This document shows positions 11,591 through 24,209 of a stretch of 64,000 nt of DNA, piece after piece. The translations under genes were made by a program, and so were the position numbers. The stretch's first letter is position 1; the number at the start of each line of letters is the position of its first letter. The stretch is from the NCBI RefSeq assembly GCF_044704955.1, contig NC_091980.1, forward strand, positions 180,048,001 through 180,112,000, read 5' to 3'. The notes under the pieces were generated by a model. That model did no database searches and had not been told where the DNA came from. It worked only from the letters and a program-made list of their open reading frames with translations. The DNA comes from Pristiophorus japonicus. Its lineage: Eukaryota.

Positions 11591-11869
11591 TTTACTCACA
11601 TGGTCATTCACTGAGTCAGATGTGATGAAACCCACACTGGAAACATGATTGTAATGTTTCGTTTAACCTCGACACATTCCCAACTCTCATTTAATGTGAA
11701 GTCATTGAATGCACAATAAAAATATTTTATATACTTGCATACATACATTTACACACAGGGGAAGGATACATCCTTAATACAGGGGCTAATTCTAACATGG
11801 AAACCATTTATTCGATTTAAATCTTTGCACACCATTATGGTTATTTATTTTTTGAAGAAAACATCTATG

Positions 11870-12240
11870 GGTCTGTGTGACTCACTGGTTTAAGCACACA
11901 GCAGTTTTGACCTGTGGGATCCAAGTTCAAAATCAGCCCAGACTGAGGAGATCAAAATCTGTTGGCTACAAAGTTCCTGAGTGAATGGACTGTGGGCTGC
12001 GACCTTTGTAGGAACAAGCCCACAATACAAAACAAAAGCTAATGGAGCTAGTAATCTTCAATCTTGCTCAGAGAGACTAGCTATGGGGAGCTGGTATGGG
12101 GAATAGAAATATTCAAACGTGTGCTTTTCTGTGATAGGAGTTAAGGTACATTGTTGAAACAGTGAAAAGGGAGTTTTATTCTGCAGTCCACTGTGCTTTA
12201 CCGAATCAGAGAGTGCTTCATGCTGGCACTGGGTGAGGTG
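11870..12240 (+). mobile_element. LF-SINE-like element
   Basis: tRNA-like head (caagttcaaaatcagcccaga) and collinear blocks (cccacaatacaaaac; ctcagagagact; ggagttaaggtacattg...gggagttttattctgc) resemble the LF-SINE consensus as recalled. Confidence 0.5.
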
Positions 12241-13056
12241 TGGGGAAAATAAAACAATGGCTATCTTTCACCTCGAGAAAAATATTCACTAATTTTCTTT
12301 TGAATAGAAGTTTCTTGCTGCAAAGAAAATGAATTGTTCCATCAGTCAGGGATGCCTGAATGGAACACTGGCAGTGCGTGCACTGTGCTCTCGACAAAAA
12401 TGCTTGTAAATGCTTCCTGCCACTTGAGAACTGCATACTCAAACTAGACGGGCATTCTGCGAAGGCAGACATCACCTCACACAGCCCTTCACAGAGAGGC
12501 TGTCAGCCCGGAGACGTGCAGTTTGTAGACCCATTGTCTAAATCCTTATTTTACAAGCTCCTTGGAAATGTTGGAAGCATTCACCAGATACTGTGTTTAT
12601 GCAAATTTCAAAAGGAAGACTGCTAAGATAGGAAGCCTTTGCAACAAATTTCAAAGTCATCAGGTGAAGTTACACGTTGTAAAACCTGGTTCCAAAATAA
12701 AAACCTCTAAGTTACTACATTTAAAAGCCATCTCCACTCACATAGCAGGACCCCACTCACCCAATTAACTTCCCGAAGCATAAACTTCTTTCTCTCTCCT
12801 CTTGCAGGAAAATTGTAATCCCAGGTTAACAGTATTCTAATAGCACGCTCAGCTTTATAAGTGATGTATAATGAAGTTGGAAGCTATTCTAAATTAATGT
12901 TAAGTAAACTTAAAGAAGTTAGCAGCAAGCCGGAATATTTTAAAGGAAAAAAAGTAAGATTCTTAGCAAAGGAATGCAGCAATGACAACAGCTGGGAAGT
13001 TTTAACCAGGTCCACCATCCTCACAAACAGAGTATGAAAGCTTAGGATTTGCATAC

Positions 13057-13219
13057 CTTCCCATCTTTTCTGGTGTCCGGGGGAGGGCTGTCAAGATTAA
13101 TTAGCTTCTTCAAGTCTTCTTCAATTGTTGACTTTGATGACCTCTTAGGAGACCTCAAGTCTCGAACTGACGCTCGGAGCCTCGTCTGCGTGATTTCACA
13201 AACATCGCTGTGGTGACGC
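13057..13219 (-). CDS. SIPA1L1: SIPA1L1-like coding exon (start of SPAR C-terminal region)
   Basis: Acceptor ctttattctgtttactag and donor AAG|gtatgc. 163 nt, phase 2 to 0. [54 protein letters not shown] contains the [12 protein letters not shown] motif. Not in the ORF track. Confidence 0.94.
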
Positions 13220-13361
13220 CTAGTAAACAGAATAAAGGATCAACTACAATCCTTTGTTAAACTTTAAAAATAAAGTTTAGGATTTATAACTTACTATGTT
13301 TTATGCAGACACCCACACACACAAAAATAAAATCACTAAGATATATTGTTTAAGGCACATT

Positions 13362-14295
13362 GGGGGTGATTTTTGACAGCTACTTTAGGGGCTAAAGAGC
13401 CTCCGAGGTGTCCAAGTTGGGGTCTTGAGCTGAAACGTCAGTTTACCCCATGTTAGCGCAAGACACCATCTTGGTATAGGAGTTGAAGCTTGGAGGGTCA
13501 TTAAGATACTGATTGCCATTTAAATTGCCTGTTAGCATCATATTAAGAGGGTGCACGACATTTTGGCGGCTAGTGCTTGACCCAATGCCCTCGCTCAACA
13601 GCGACCAGCTGAATAGGAGTAAACAAGTCTTTGCTGAGGATTTCGAGCACCACTTAAATGCATCCTCACCTTTTACTGTTCAATTGCTGCTGGTGGTTTA
13701 AATAGAACTTTTGAAACACATCGGGAGACTTTCTGGGACTGTTTGTCAAGACTTCACCAACACTACCAACATTTATTCTGGAAATTCTGAGGACTTCACC
13801 TATAGGAGTCACCAGGAGGAAGAGTGTGCTTGGTTATGGACATTTGCTAGGGGTCCCTCTGGCTTTGCAGGAGGAATGGAAGGAAGACACAAGGCCAGGC
13901 AGGAGGGCGAGGTGGGCTCCTTCCCCGTGGGCACAGACATGTGCCTCCTCTAGAATTCGCCCACCAGCATCTCCAGTGCCGCGTCCGGGAATCTGTGCGC
14001 CCTCTCCCTCAGTCCCTGAGCTATCCCGAAATCTGCCATTGTATGTCAGCCGGTGCACTCCACACCTTCAGTGGAACTGGGTGCGTGGAGCCCACTTATA
14101 CTTCTCCACAACAATTGCATCTGATCAGCACTTGAGTGCTAAACCTGCAGGTGTCTGTTTTAGTGCCTCTAAGCAAGTTCAAATTTTGGCTTTCAGCAAT
14201 TAGGACCAAAATTGCATGCTAAACCAGGCTTTCAATCAAATGTGCCTTATTGGCACTGCACCCATTTAGCGCCTGTTTTCACCAAAATAACCCCC
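13362..14295. mobile_element. Non-autonomous DNA transposon, probably PIF/Harbinger
   Basis: TIRs gggggtgatttt ... aaaataaccccc, with flanking trinucleotides att/act as an imperfect 3-bp TSD. Confidence 0.55.
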
Positions 14296-14393
14296 ACTTA
14301 CTTTTTCAAGATATGCTTTAAAATAGGCTAAAAGTTGTGGGTGAGCTGTAGTTGTACTGGCCATTCAATCAAAACAGTGTTGTTAAGAGAGGA

Positions 14394-14583
14394 ATAAAAA
14401 CAGAACATACTGGAAATACTCAGCAGGTCAGGCAGCATCTGTCGAGGGTGAAACAGAGTCAATGTTTCAGGTTGATGACCTTTTATCCGAACTCCCTCTC
14501 CACAGATGCTGCCTGATCTTCTGAGCAATTCCAGCATTTTCTGTTTTCATTTCAGATTTCCAGCATCCGCAGTATGTTGCTTT
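14394..14583. mobile_element. Inverted pair of Penelope terminal repeats (hairpin)
   Basis: 14394-14495 is the reverse complement of the pLTR, including a degenerate hammerhead core. 14496-14583 is the same repeat on +. Confidence 0.75.
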
Positions 14584-14975
14584 AGTTAGAGGTGCTGCTC
14601 TATCGAGGCTTGTCCCTGATGAAGTCAATGCAGTAGAAACTGAATAAGCTGCTGCCCAATGCATGCCAATTATTAAGACAGTCATGGTTGCCATTGAAGG
14701 TGGCTCTTCCACAATATACGGGTTTTACTTTCACCAGACAGACCAATTACAGGTATGTTCACAATTAGAAATAACCACAACAGGAATATCTGTTCATGAT
14801 TCTTCTGTCGCACATTACCTTACAATTTTTTCTTGTAGCGATCATCTTGCTCTACCTGTGATGCCATCAGTGTGTCCAGTTGGGCTCATTAACACACAAG
14901 CAAAGCATTCAATATCTAGAGGTACACACGAGACAGATTGCCTGGGGAGAGTGCGGGTGATGAGGGGGTGTAGGC

Positions 14976-15111
14976 AGAGGTAATCTTAACCTATCTCGCA
15001 GAGCGGGAAACCAACGGGATCGGGTCGAACACCGGGTTTATATCCCGTCCCAATACTACTCTCCATTGTACTCAATTTCCTGACAGGCAGGTGAGGTTAA
15101 AATTGTCCCCC
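14976..15111. mobile_element. Small MITE-like element
   Basis: Imperfect TIRs gaggtaatcttaacct ... aggttaaaattgtcccc around a CpG-rich core. Confidence 0.4.
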
Positions 15112-15804
15112 ATTTGTCAGAAGATTTATTTGAGGAAAGACTGGAGAAACAATGACTCATCAGCTTTTATTACACAGGATTACATAGGGTATATGGCACA
15201 GAAACAGGCCAGTCAGCCCAATCAGTACATGGAGAAGAGATGACAGAGAGGGGACTTTATAGAAGAATTTATAAAACATTAAAAGACAAGGTAATTCTGG
15301 AGCACTACTTTGAAGTATGTTATGAAAGTAGAACAAGGGGAGAAATGTTTTAAAAGACTGAAGGCAAATTTAAGACTGATGGCAAGCAGTGCTTTACACA
15401 AAATAATGATCAGCACGAGGGCGATGTTAACCTGGGAATTATTAATCCGTTGTATTCTGTGGTGGAGATACAGTAGTTTGATGTAGATGGATGAACCACG
15501 GTGGGATGAATGATCTTCCCTATCTGTATCTATCTTAGGGTTGTGAAGGGAACAGGCTGGATTTCACTCTAGAATTATGTGCAAGACTGATTGTAACAGA
15601 ATGTTTTACAGCGCAAGGGAAGCCCGCTTACCCGGTTTTCATTCATTTTTATAAGGCTTTCATTTTAGTGACTCATGCAGCCCTAATGAAGAAGTTATAG
15701 GAGTACATGACCAATTTTGGGATTTTATCTGGGATATGCGCTCCTGCTCCAAGAACCCTCTAAGATTGGAAGAGATTCTCACTGAGCCTATTTGCTTTCG
15801 AAAG

Positions 15805-15965
15805 AATTATGAAGAATTTTACAGCACAGAAACAGACCAATCGGCCCAACTGGTCTATACCGATGTTTATGCTGTACACGAACCTCCTCCCACCCTATTT
15901 CATTTAAACCCATCAACATAACCTTCTATTCCTTTCTCTCTCATGCATTTATCTAGCTTCCCCTT
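15805..15965 (-). mobile_element. CR1 3' tail fragment
   Basis: Reverse-complement similarity to 1480-1620 (ataaccttctattcctttctctctcatgc; acagaaacag.ccaatcggcccaac). Confidence 0.65.
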
Positions 15966-16689
15966 GCAAAGTGGTGCAAGATCAGGTTCTCTACTGCCAT
16001 CGATCATATTTGACGTTGTCCACTGTGATATGTTTGACACATGGTAAACACAACATGCTTGGAGCAACAGGGGACTTTGGGCCTATGCTTCCAAAAGCTT
16101 TCTACCACGAGGGATTTTCTCGCCTCATGCCTAGGTCAGCTGTAGACTAATGGATAAGACTGATTTCCATGGTTAATCAACAGCTCCACTATTGCTCCAT
16201 GCGAACACCAGGATGGTAGAAGTTGAACTAGCTAGACCATGGTCTTTTTTCATCTTGCAGTTCTGAGGTTCCTATTTGACAGCCTCAGATTGTCTTTTCC
16301 AGCTGGTTCAGAAAGAATTGTGGTGCTCATTTATTCAGGTGATACTGTGTTGTTGGTGAACTCACCCGAGAACCTAGTGTACTCATTGTGTTCATTGGGC
16401 TAGGCACTGCAATATGTCTCTTTCCTAAGTGCAGTACTGCTTTGTATGGATCAAGTGGGGACCTGTAACACATGGATTGGAAAATACATGGGGTACCTCC
16501 TCAAGTGTTGATTTATATTGGTAAGTGGCAGGGGGGGGGGCGGTCAGGACTATGGTGAAAAAGGGGTGAAGGACACTAGTCTTTTTTTTAACAAACAACA
16601 GCAAATTCCAAGTGCAGGTTAAGCTTGTGGCACAAAAGATGTGTATTCCAACAGCACTTCTTCGTGGTTGGGACTGCTTGGCATTAAAT

Positions 16690-17125
16690 AAAAAGGCACT
16701 ATTTATATAGCACCTTTCATGACCACCGGACGTCTCACAGTGCTTTACAGCCAATGAAGTACTTTTGGAGTGTAGTCACTGTTGTAATGTGGAAAAGGCG
16801 GCAGCCAATTTGAACACAGCAAGCTCCCACAAACAGCAATGTGATAATGACCAGATAATCTGTTTTTGTGATGTTGAATGAGGCATAAATCCCTCCCAGG
16901 ACACTGGGGATAACTCCCCTGCTCTTCTTCGAAATAGTGCCATGAGATCTTTTAAATGCACCCGAGATACCAGACGGGGCCTTGGTTTAACGTCTCATCC
17001 AAAAGATGGCAGTGCAGCACTCCCTTAGTACTGTACTGGAGTGTCAGCCCAGATTATATGCTCAAATCCCTGGAGTAGGACTTGAACCCACAACCTTCTG
17101 ACTGAGAGGCACTGAGTCACAGCTG
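16690..17125 (-). mobile_element. SacSINE1-like DeuSINE, near full length
   Basis: Reverse complement of 8205-8637, including the B box (ggacttgaaccc) and the L2-type tail. Confidence 0.85.
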
Positions 17126-17844
17126 GCACCCATGAGAAGTTCAGGACTAAGCTGTGAGCTTAATTTGGGGAATAAGGGCAGACAGTTGCAGTCCTATATG
17201 CCAACCTGTTCCTGATCACCTTGGAAGGACAATCAACCTCTCAGTAGCCATGTCTCTTTGCCAAAGTCCCTCACATGAAGACCTGGTCTAAATAGTTGCT
17301 GTAGGTAACATGGTATGCAGAACTGGATTTGGATATTTAAATCGAAGTAACTGGAACATCACAAGCTGCATAGGTTCTCCCATCATGCTGAAGTCAGATG
17401 TGCATTGTACAGCTGGTGAAGAAACCAGTGCCTTGGAAAGATAGCTACTAAAAGGTTTCGCTGCAGGTTGGCTATGATGCCATTCATTCATATATCAAGG
17501 ATTTGGTGCTGACATCATCGGGTCCAGAAAGGCAAGCAGTTGTTGCTGAAGCTCCACAATTCCAACTAGTGGAACCACTGTTCAATAGGGTATGGTGTGT
17601 GTCCATGCTGTAATTCTGCTGCTCACTATGCAGTTTGTGAGGAGCTCCTGGTATCGGCTGTCCACTTAGCAAGGGCTCAAAATCTGCTCTCGTTAGTTGT
17701 CATGCTAAACTAGCGAACATCTTGATTGGTTGCGGGGGTAGGGGGGGACAGAATTTGGATCAGCAGTACCCCTTTAGGGTCGAGTTGATTCCAAGATGAT
17801 ACAACTAAACGATAGTGGATTGGATCTGAGTCATTGAGACCTAC

Positions 17845-18232
17845 ATTGGCTCCTGGTTAAGCAACGCCTCAGTTTCAAAATTCTCATCCTGGTTTACAAA
17901 TATCTCCATGGCCTCAGCCCCTCCCTAGCTCTCTAATCTCTTTCAGCCTCACAACTCCACAAGATGTCTGTGCTCCTCAAATTCTACCCTCGAGGATTCC
18001 TGATTATAACTGCTCAACCATTGGTGGCCGTGCTTTCAAGTGTCTGGGCCCTTTCCTCCTTTAAGATGCTCCTTAAAATCTACCTTTTTAACCAAGCTTT
18101 TGGTCATCTGCCATCATTTCTTCTTATGTGGCTCGGTGTCAAATTTATCCGTTTTGTCTTATAACACTGCTGTGAAGCGCCTTGGGACATTTTACCATGT
18201 TAAAGGCACTATATAAATCATAGTTGTTGTTG
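17845..18232 (+). mobile_element. L2-clade LINE 3' end
   Basis: Encodes a HWL.VKQR..FKILILVYK.LHGL.P motif. Ends gtgaagcgccttgggacatttt...ggcactatataaat plus (gtt)n. Confidence 0.75.
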
Positions 18233-18236
18233 TATG

Positions 18237-19562
18237 TATGGTTGCCAATCCTCTTGGATTGTCCTGGAGTCTCCTGGAATTGAGGATTGATCTCCTGGGC
18301 AGTGCTGTGAGCAACCTGAGGAAAGACCAGGAAGTACAATAGATGGGCAGTGTCAGTGAACCAATGAGGCGAGGTGGAACTTTGATGAGCAGGTGCAGAG
18401 GCCAGTCAGCAGCAGCTCTGATTCACTACACATGAATGGACCAGCGAGTTGCTCAAGGGTGGCAGATATCCAGCGATAATGGAATTTAACCTAATCAAGT
18501 AGAGCGGCCCCATTATTCACCATGTGGTGATGGATAGGGAGGAGGAGGCGGATACCTACCGACTGTGAAAGATCCGTGAAACTAGCTTTCTTCCATAAAC
18601 GGCAGCTGATGCTAGTTTAATTGTTCATTTTAAATCGGAGATTGATAGGTTTTTGTTAACCAAAAGTATTAAAGGAGAGAGGGAGATGGGGCAAAGGCAG
18701 GCAACTAGATCAGCAATTAACTCATTGAATGATGGCCATTTAGCTCCTCGAGCCTGTTCCATCAACTGTTCCTATGCAGGTGGGTAATGGTGCCAGTACT
18801 GCAGCCTGGTTTGAAGGATTGCAACATGGTCGGATTATATGGATGTGTACAGGGGTTGGGGATAAGGCCTGGCTGGTTATTGGCTCAAGGATTTGCAGCG
18901 CACTGCGCAGGGGTGGGTTTACGATAGCGAGTTAGGCTGCGCTGGAGCACTTCCAAGCACTATAGGCAGCAACATTCCCAAATAATAGCTGTTTATATTT
19001 TGGCAGTTGCCAGTTTCCGCTTGCTTTTTTCCTCACCTTTGCTGCATCTTTTCCTGAATCTGTATCCTTCCGGTTAGGGAATTATCAGGTCAGCTTGGAA
19101 ATTAAGTGTTTTAAAACAAGTGCTGGACTTTGTTTGCCGCTCGAAACAATTCACATCTCCCCGCTCCCCCCCCATCATTTTTCATTGAAGTGGAAGGTGA
19201 AATGGCATTTAAATTCTTATCCTTCAGCCCCCAGTGTCTGTACGTGTGGCATGCTTGCTAACCCTCCCAAATTAGCGATTCTACCATTTTTTGTGTGGGG
19301 GATGTCAGAGAGCACAACTCTCAGGGGTGGCGGGGGTAAGGGGGCAAAGCAACGTGATAGAGAACCATTCGTGGGGCACTTGGGAAATTTCCTGGTAATC
19401 TGTCTGCCCCTGCCAGTTTGCAAATACCTTTTTTCTTAAATAACTAGCTCACGGGGAGTTAAGATAGGCAACTAGACGGGACCAGAATGGGTGAATGTCA
19501 TGTGATTGAGTGTCAGGTGATCAAACCTGCAGGAACATGTCTAACCAGAGTTGGCATTCCTA
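18237..19562. mobile_element. hAT-like MITE remnants with TAGGGTTGCCA-type ends (18237-18340 and ~19250-19562)
   Basis: tatggttgccaatcctc at 18237 and ccagagttggcattccta ending at 19562 resemble inverted TAGGGTTGCCAAC termini. Confidence 0.4.
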
Positions 19563-20449
19563 ACTCAAGACGAACTCTAAACCAGCCAGCCCCACAGTGC
19601 TTCAGAGCACTGATGACTGATGAGCCAGTCTGCCTTATTAGTATGAGGTGGGATTCTTTTATTCAGCACCAGATAATGCTCCAAGGCAATGCCTGTATTG
19701 GTAGGCTGGTCCGACCTTGATAAGGAGTGGGAAGTTTTACAATGCTGTGTGCTGGTAAGCTGCAAGGTTTCAGCTGATAAATATCAGTAATGCCCTTAAG
19801 GACCATGGAATTGAGTAAATGAGGTGTGTCCCTACAGAGAGTGTCCATTACATATTGAGCCGACAAAGCACGACGTGTGAAATTTCTCAGTCGCCTACTT
19901 TAGAGACTCTTGTGCATGGTGAATGATTTCTGTATGTATCGACTGACCATGTCAAATACGACTTCTATTTCCACCTGTTACGAAAGGGTGTTAACATCTA
20001 AAAATTCCTGAACTGTTCACATGTATGGAGAAAAATGTCATTTGAGTTTGGAGTTTGTTGTTTAAAAAGAAACAAAATTCCAGAAATACACAACAGTTTA
20101 GTCAGCATGTATAATGTTACTGATTTATTTTGGATTTCCTACACATGCAGATTTTTTTTTTAAACTCCCTTTTATTATTCCAGTCACCGTCTTTTAAAAA
20201 CATGTTCTTTTAATATCAAGATTAATATCAACATTTGTCAACTCCATTAAAACATTTTGAAGGCAACTTCAGTCCACATTGAAGGCAACTTCATTTCACA
20301 ATGAAGGTTCCTACACAGCTCCCCACTCAGTAACTTATCTATCACGATCACAAAGGGAAATCACTACACTTTTATTGCACTTTCTCCAACCTTTTCTCTC
20401 CTGAAGGTGCTGACTCATCCAAAGAGACACCAACAGCCTTCCAGTAGCA

Positions 20450-21206
20450 ACATAGGAAGAAAGATTGGAACAGTCATGGCTGATCTGTATCTTAACTCCA
20501 TCTACCGGCCTTGGTTCCATGTCCCTGAATATTCTTGCCTGACAAAAATCTATCAATCTCAGACTCCAAATCTTAAATTGACCCCACAGCATCAACAGTT
20601 TTTTGGGGGAAGTGTGTTCCAGATTTCCAGTAGCCTTTGTGTTAGAAAGCACCTCCTGATATCACCCTGAATGGCCAAGCTCCAACTTTAAGGTCATGCT
20701 CCTTGTTCTGGACTCCCCAACCAGGGGAAATAGTTTCTTGCTATCTACCCTATTAAATCCTTCAATCATCTTAAGCACCTCAATTATATCGCCCCTTAGT
20801 CTTCTATACTCGAGGTAATACAAGCTGAGGCGATGGAACCATTCCTCATAATTTAACCCTTTTAGTCCCGGTATCATTCTGGTGAATCTGCACTGTACTC
20901 CCTTCTATATCCTTCCTGAATTGCAGTGCCAGAACTGAACAGAGTACTCTAAACGAGGTCTAACCAGAGTTTTATACAACTGTAACATGATTTTGTATGC
21001 CCACCCTCTTCAGATAAAGGTCAAATTCCATTAATCTTGTTTCATTATTTTTTGTAAGTGCCCACTAGCTTTTAGTGGTTTCTGTACTTGGACCCCAAAT
21101 CTCTCTGCCCCTCCACAGTTCCTCGCTTCTCACCATTTAGAAAGTATTCTGATCTAACTTTCTTGGGTCCAAAGTGGATGACTTTACACTTTCCCACATT
21201 GAACTC
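20450..21206 (-). mobile_element. CR1 3' fragment
   Basis: ORF 20662..20877 reads MIPGLKGLNYEE...RRLRGDIIEVLKMI...SRTR. Confidence 0.8.
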
Positions 21207-21529
21207 CAGTGCATTGTCCAAAGTATCATTCTCCATGCGTGAGCCCAGACAGCAACTTTCAGCGGGTTATTCATGGTATCCTAACACACCCAAAAGGTGC
21301 ACGTTCCAGGAGGAGATCCCTCTGTAAGTTTTCCAATTGCCATTTCCTCACCAAAAGAGAATGCAAATAGCTTGCCAGTGTGACATAGGGTGACACTCAA
21401 TCTGACTTGCCTTCTCTGTGGAATACCATCAGTCCTCTGCTAGGCTGCACCTCTCACAGATAGGTGAAGGGAAAGAAGACACAAACTGGTATCCAACCAC
21501 ACAATGTGCAAGTAGGAGACCCTTCCTCT

Positions 21530-21970
21530 TAGGTAGTCCCTCGGAGTCCACACTAACATGAGTTCTAAGATGGCTGATGAGTCCAATGCAGGATCTACAG
21601 ACTTTGTCACGGGGGGGGCAGGTGGTGTTTGAAGGGATGGGTGGGTGGGGTGCTTGGTTTGTTGTACACTCCTTCCACTATTTGTACTTGACTTCCGCGT
21701 GCTCCCGACGAAGAGACTCAAAATGTTCGGCGCCTTCCCAAATGCTTCTTCTCCACTTTGAATGGTCATGGGCCAGGGATTCCCATGAGTCGGTGGGGAT
21801 GTTACATTTTTTCCCAGGAGGCTTTGAGGGTGTCCTTGAAGTGTTTTCTTTGCCCTCCTAGGGCTCACTTGCCATGACGGAACTCGAAGTAGAATGCCTG
21901 TTTCGGGAGTCTTGTATCAGGCATGCAGATTACGTGGCCTGTCCATCGGAGCTGATTGAGCATGATCAAT
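21530..21970 (-). mobile_element. RTE LINE 3' fragment
   Basis: Collinear with 3280-3735 (taggtagtccctcggagtc; ccatcggagctgattgagcatgatc). Confidence 0.75.
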
Positions 21971-24209
21971 GCTTACACAATGTGGCTGCATACACAGGTA
22001 ATGCAAATTTTCAACAAAATGTATACAAAGAGGATGTATTTCAACCCAGTCATCTATCAGTGCGCACATTTACAAATGGGCAAATTCCCTATCTGACCTG
22101 CATCCACTACAAAAAAAAGGAGAAATATGTGAATGAGTGGAGACCAGTAAATGAAAATTTTGGTTTAAAAAAATACAAATGAACAATTGATCCCTTACTT
22201 GCTGGTGGGTACCTTCTTTCTCTGTATAAATGGAGCAAACTATGTATGGAACTCATTTCAAAATTTAAGATTGCATGCATACTTGCACAATGAGAGCATA
22301 CACTAAGTCTGTATACCTGAACGTGTGGCTGCTATCCACACTCTTTTTGCAGTGATTTGATAGTGCATGTTTAGGAAGTTGGTTAGGCACTGTATTGCTA
22401 AATGTCTTTCGCACATTTTGGAAATGTGTGAGCAAAAACCAAACGTAAGCAAATTCCTGACAGTCTCATAAATTATGTAAATCTCATGCCTCATGTAATT
22501 AGCAGTCCTGATATGTTGCAACCTTCAAGTCTGTCCCCACCTATTGCCGAGAACAGGATTCCACTCAAATGAAGTGAACAGGAAACATTAAGGGGACACA
22601 GAATGTAGGAAATTTCTGAAATTTCTCTTACAAAACTTTAAAAAAAATGGATATCCAATTTTCTCTGCTCCACTCGTGAAGGTGCTGACTATTGCTAGAG
22701 TTTAAAACTCTTAATTAAAAACATAAAAAAAAACAAGAATTAGGATCTTAAATCTGATTTGTCAGTGTACCAGGCATTTAGATAATTCCATTTATTTTAG
22801 ACTGGCAATGTCTAGGTATGGCAATAAGGGGGATTCCAACTGTAATCGAACAAATGAAGGGTGTATTTAACTTGTTTTTTTAGATTATGTTTCACATTCT
22901 TTCCTCTTGGACAATAACATTTTTAAGTATTTAGGTGGTGTGGATTGAACACTTACACATCGTGATACGGAAGACAAAAGTGCCACTATCCAAGTTATGA
23001 GCACTAAATATAGCTGCATATTTATGTATAGCGGTGAGGTTAGAATAATCCTTTGTTTCCATTCACCTTCCCTCTCAAAAAGTCCTCCAAGAAATAAACA
23101 GATTAAAGGGAATATTTAAAGTAACTGATTATCCTTCGATGGATGGACTGGTTGGGTTGTTTCCTTTGGGCACACTCATAACTGTGCAGTGCAATCCACG
23201 AAGCATAGGATTTCCCAGTGCGGGCATCAGAATATCATGATGGTTGATTGTGTTTCCGCAGCAACTGTTTTGCTTGCTGCAGTTGACCGCGCTCCATTTC
23301 CAAGTTGGTCCACTGCGTGTCATAGTGCTGAATGCCATTCTCGTCAAACTACCACAAGCATTCCCCAGTTCTTTGAGTCATTTTTTACCATATACAACTA
23401 GTAAAGGAATAAGTAGGAGTATCGAACCATCTCCCTCTCAACCAATGCTGAGAAAACACTTCCTGGGACATTTCTCAATCAAAAGTGTTGTGGACAGTAT
23501 ACTTCCAGTGATACAGAATGGCAAAGTGAAGAACAACCAACATGCCTTCTGCTGCATCTCAACTGCAAGAAAAATGTAGATAATAGAACATAATCCTCCA
23601 GTCTTTATTGACCCATTTGATACAGTTCAAGATCATATATCTGGAAAAGCGTGAAAAAAAAGTCACAACAATATCTGCACTTCCTTGCACAAGCCTTTCC
23701 GATTTCTTAGCAAATTGGGATCAGCCAATGATTCTGAATGTGTACGTTGCTTCTTGTGGCTCTGCATCAGTTCTGTCAACACAATCTCAGTACCTTTTCT
23801 TGACAAAATCCATGGTGTCGGCTGCAGCCTATACACAGTTTTATGTCAAATCATCCACTCAGTCTCAACATTAATGTTCTCATTAATGCATGGATCATGT
23901 TGCTATACATTTGGATCACGGAGTCAATACGTGATTTGTGTGTTACTTTGTGCTGTTGAAACTGAGCTGCAATTTGGACCTAATCATGCAATGAACAGTC
24001 CAATAACGTGAGCCCTAATGATTTTGACTTCTTGTTTAATTAGTTGCCAAACATGGCAGTCAACAAAATTTCAACACTTGAGCATGGATGCATTCAAGAT
24101 GTCTGATACTTTCAAGTTGGTGAAAGGTTGTGTGTTTGATGGTATGTTTTCAATGAAGACTTTTTCTGAGCAAAATAAGTCCACTGCTATTTATATTTTT
24201 AAATATCAT

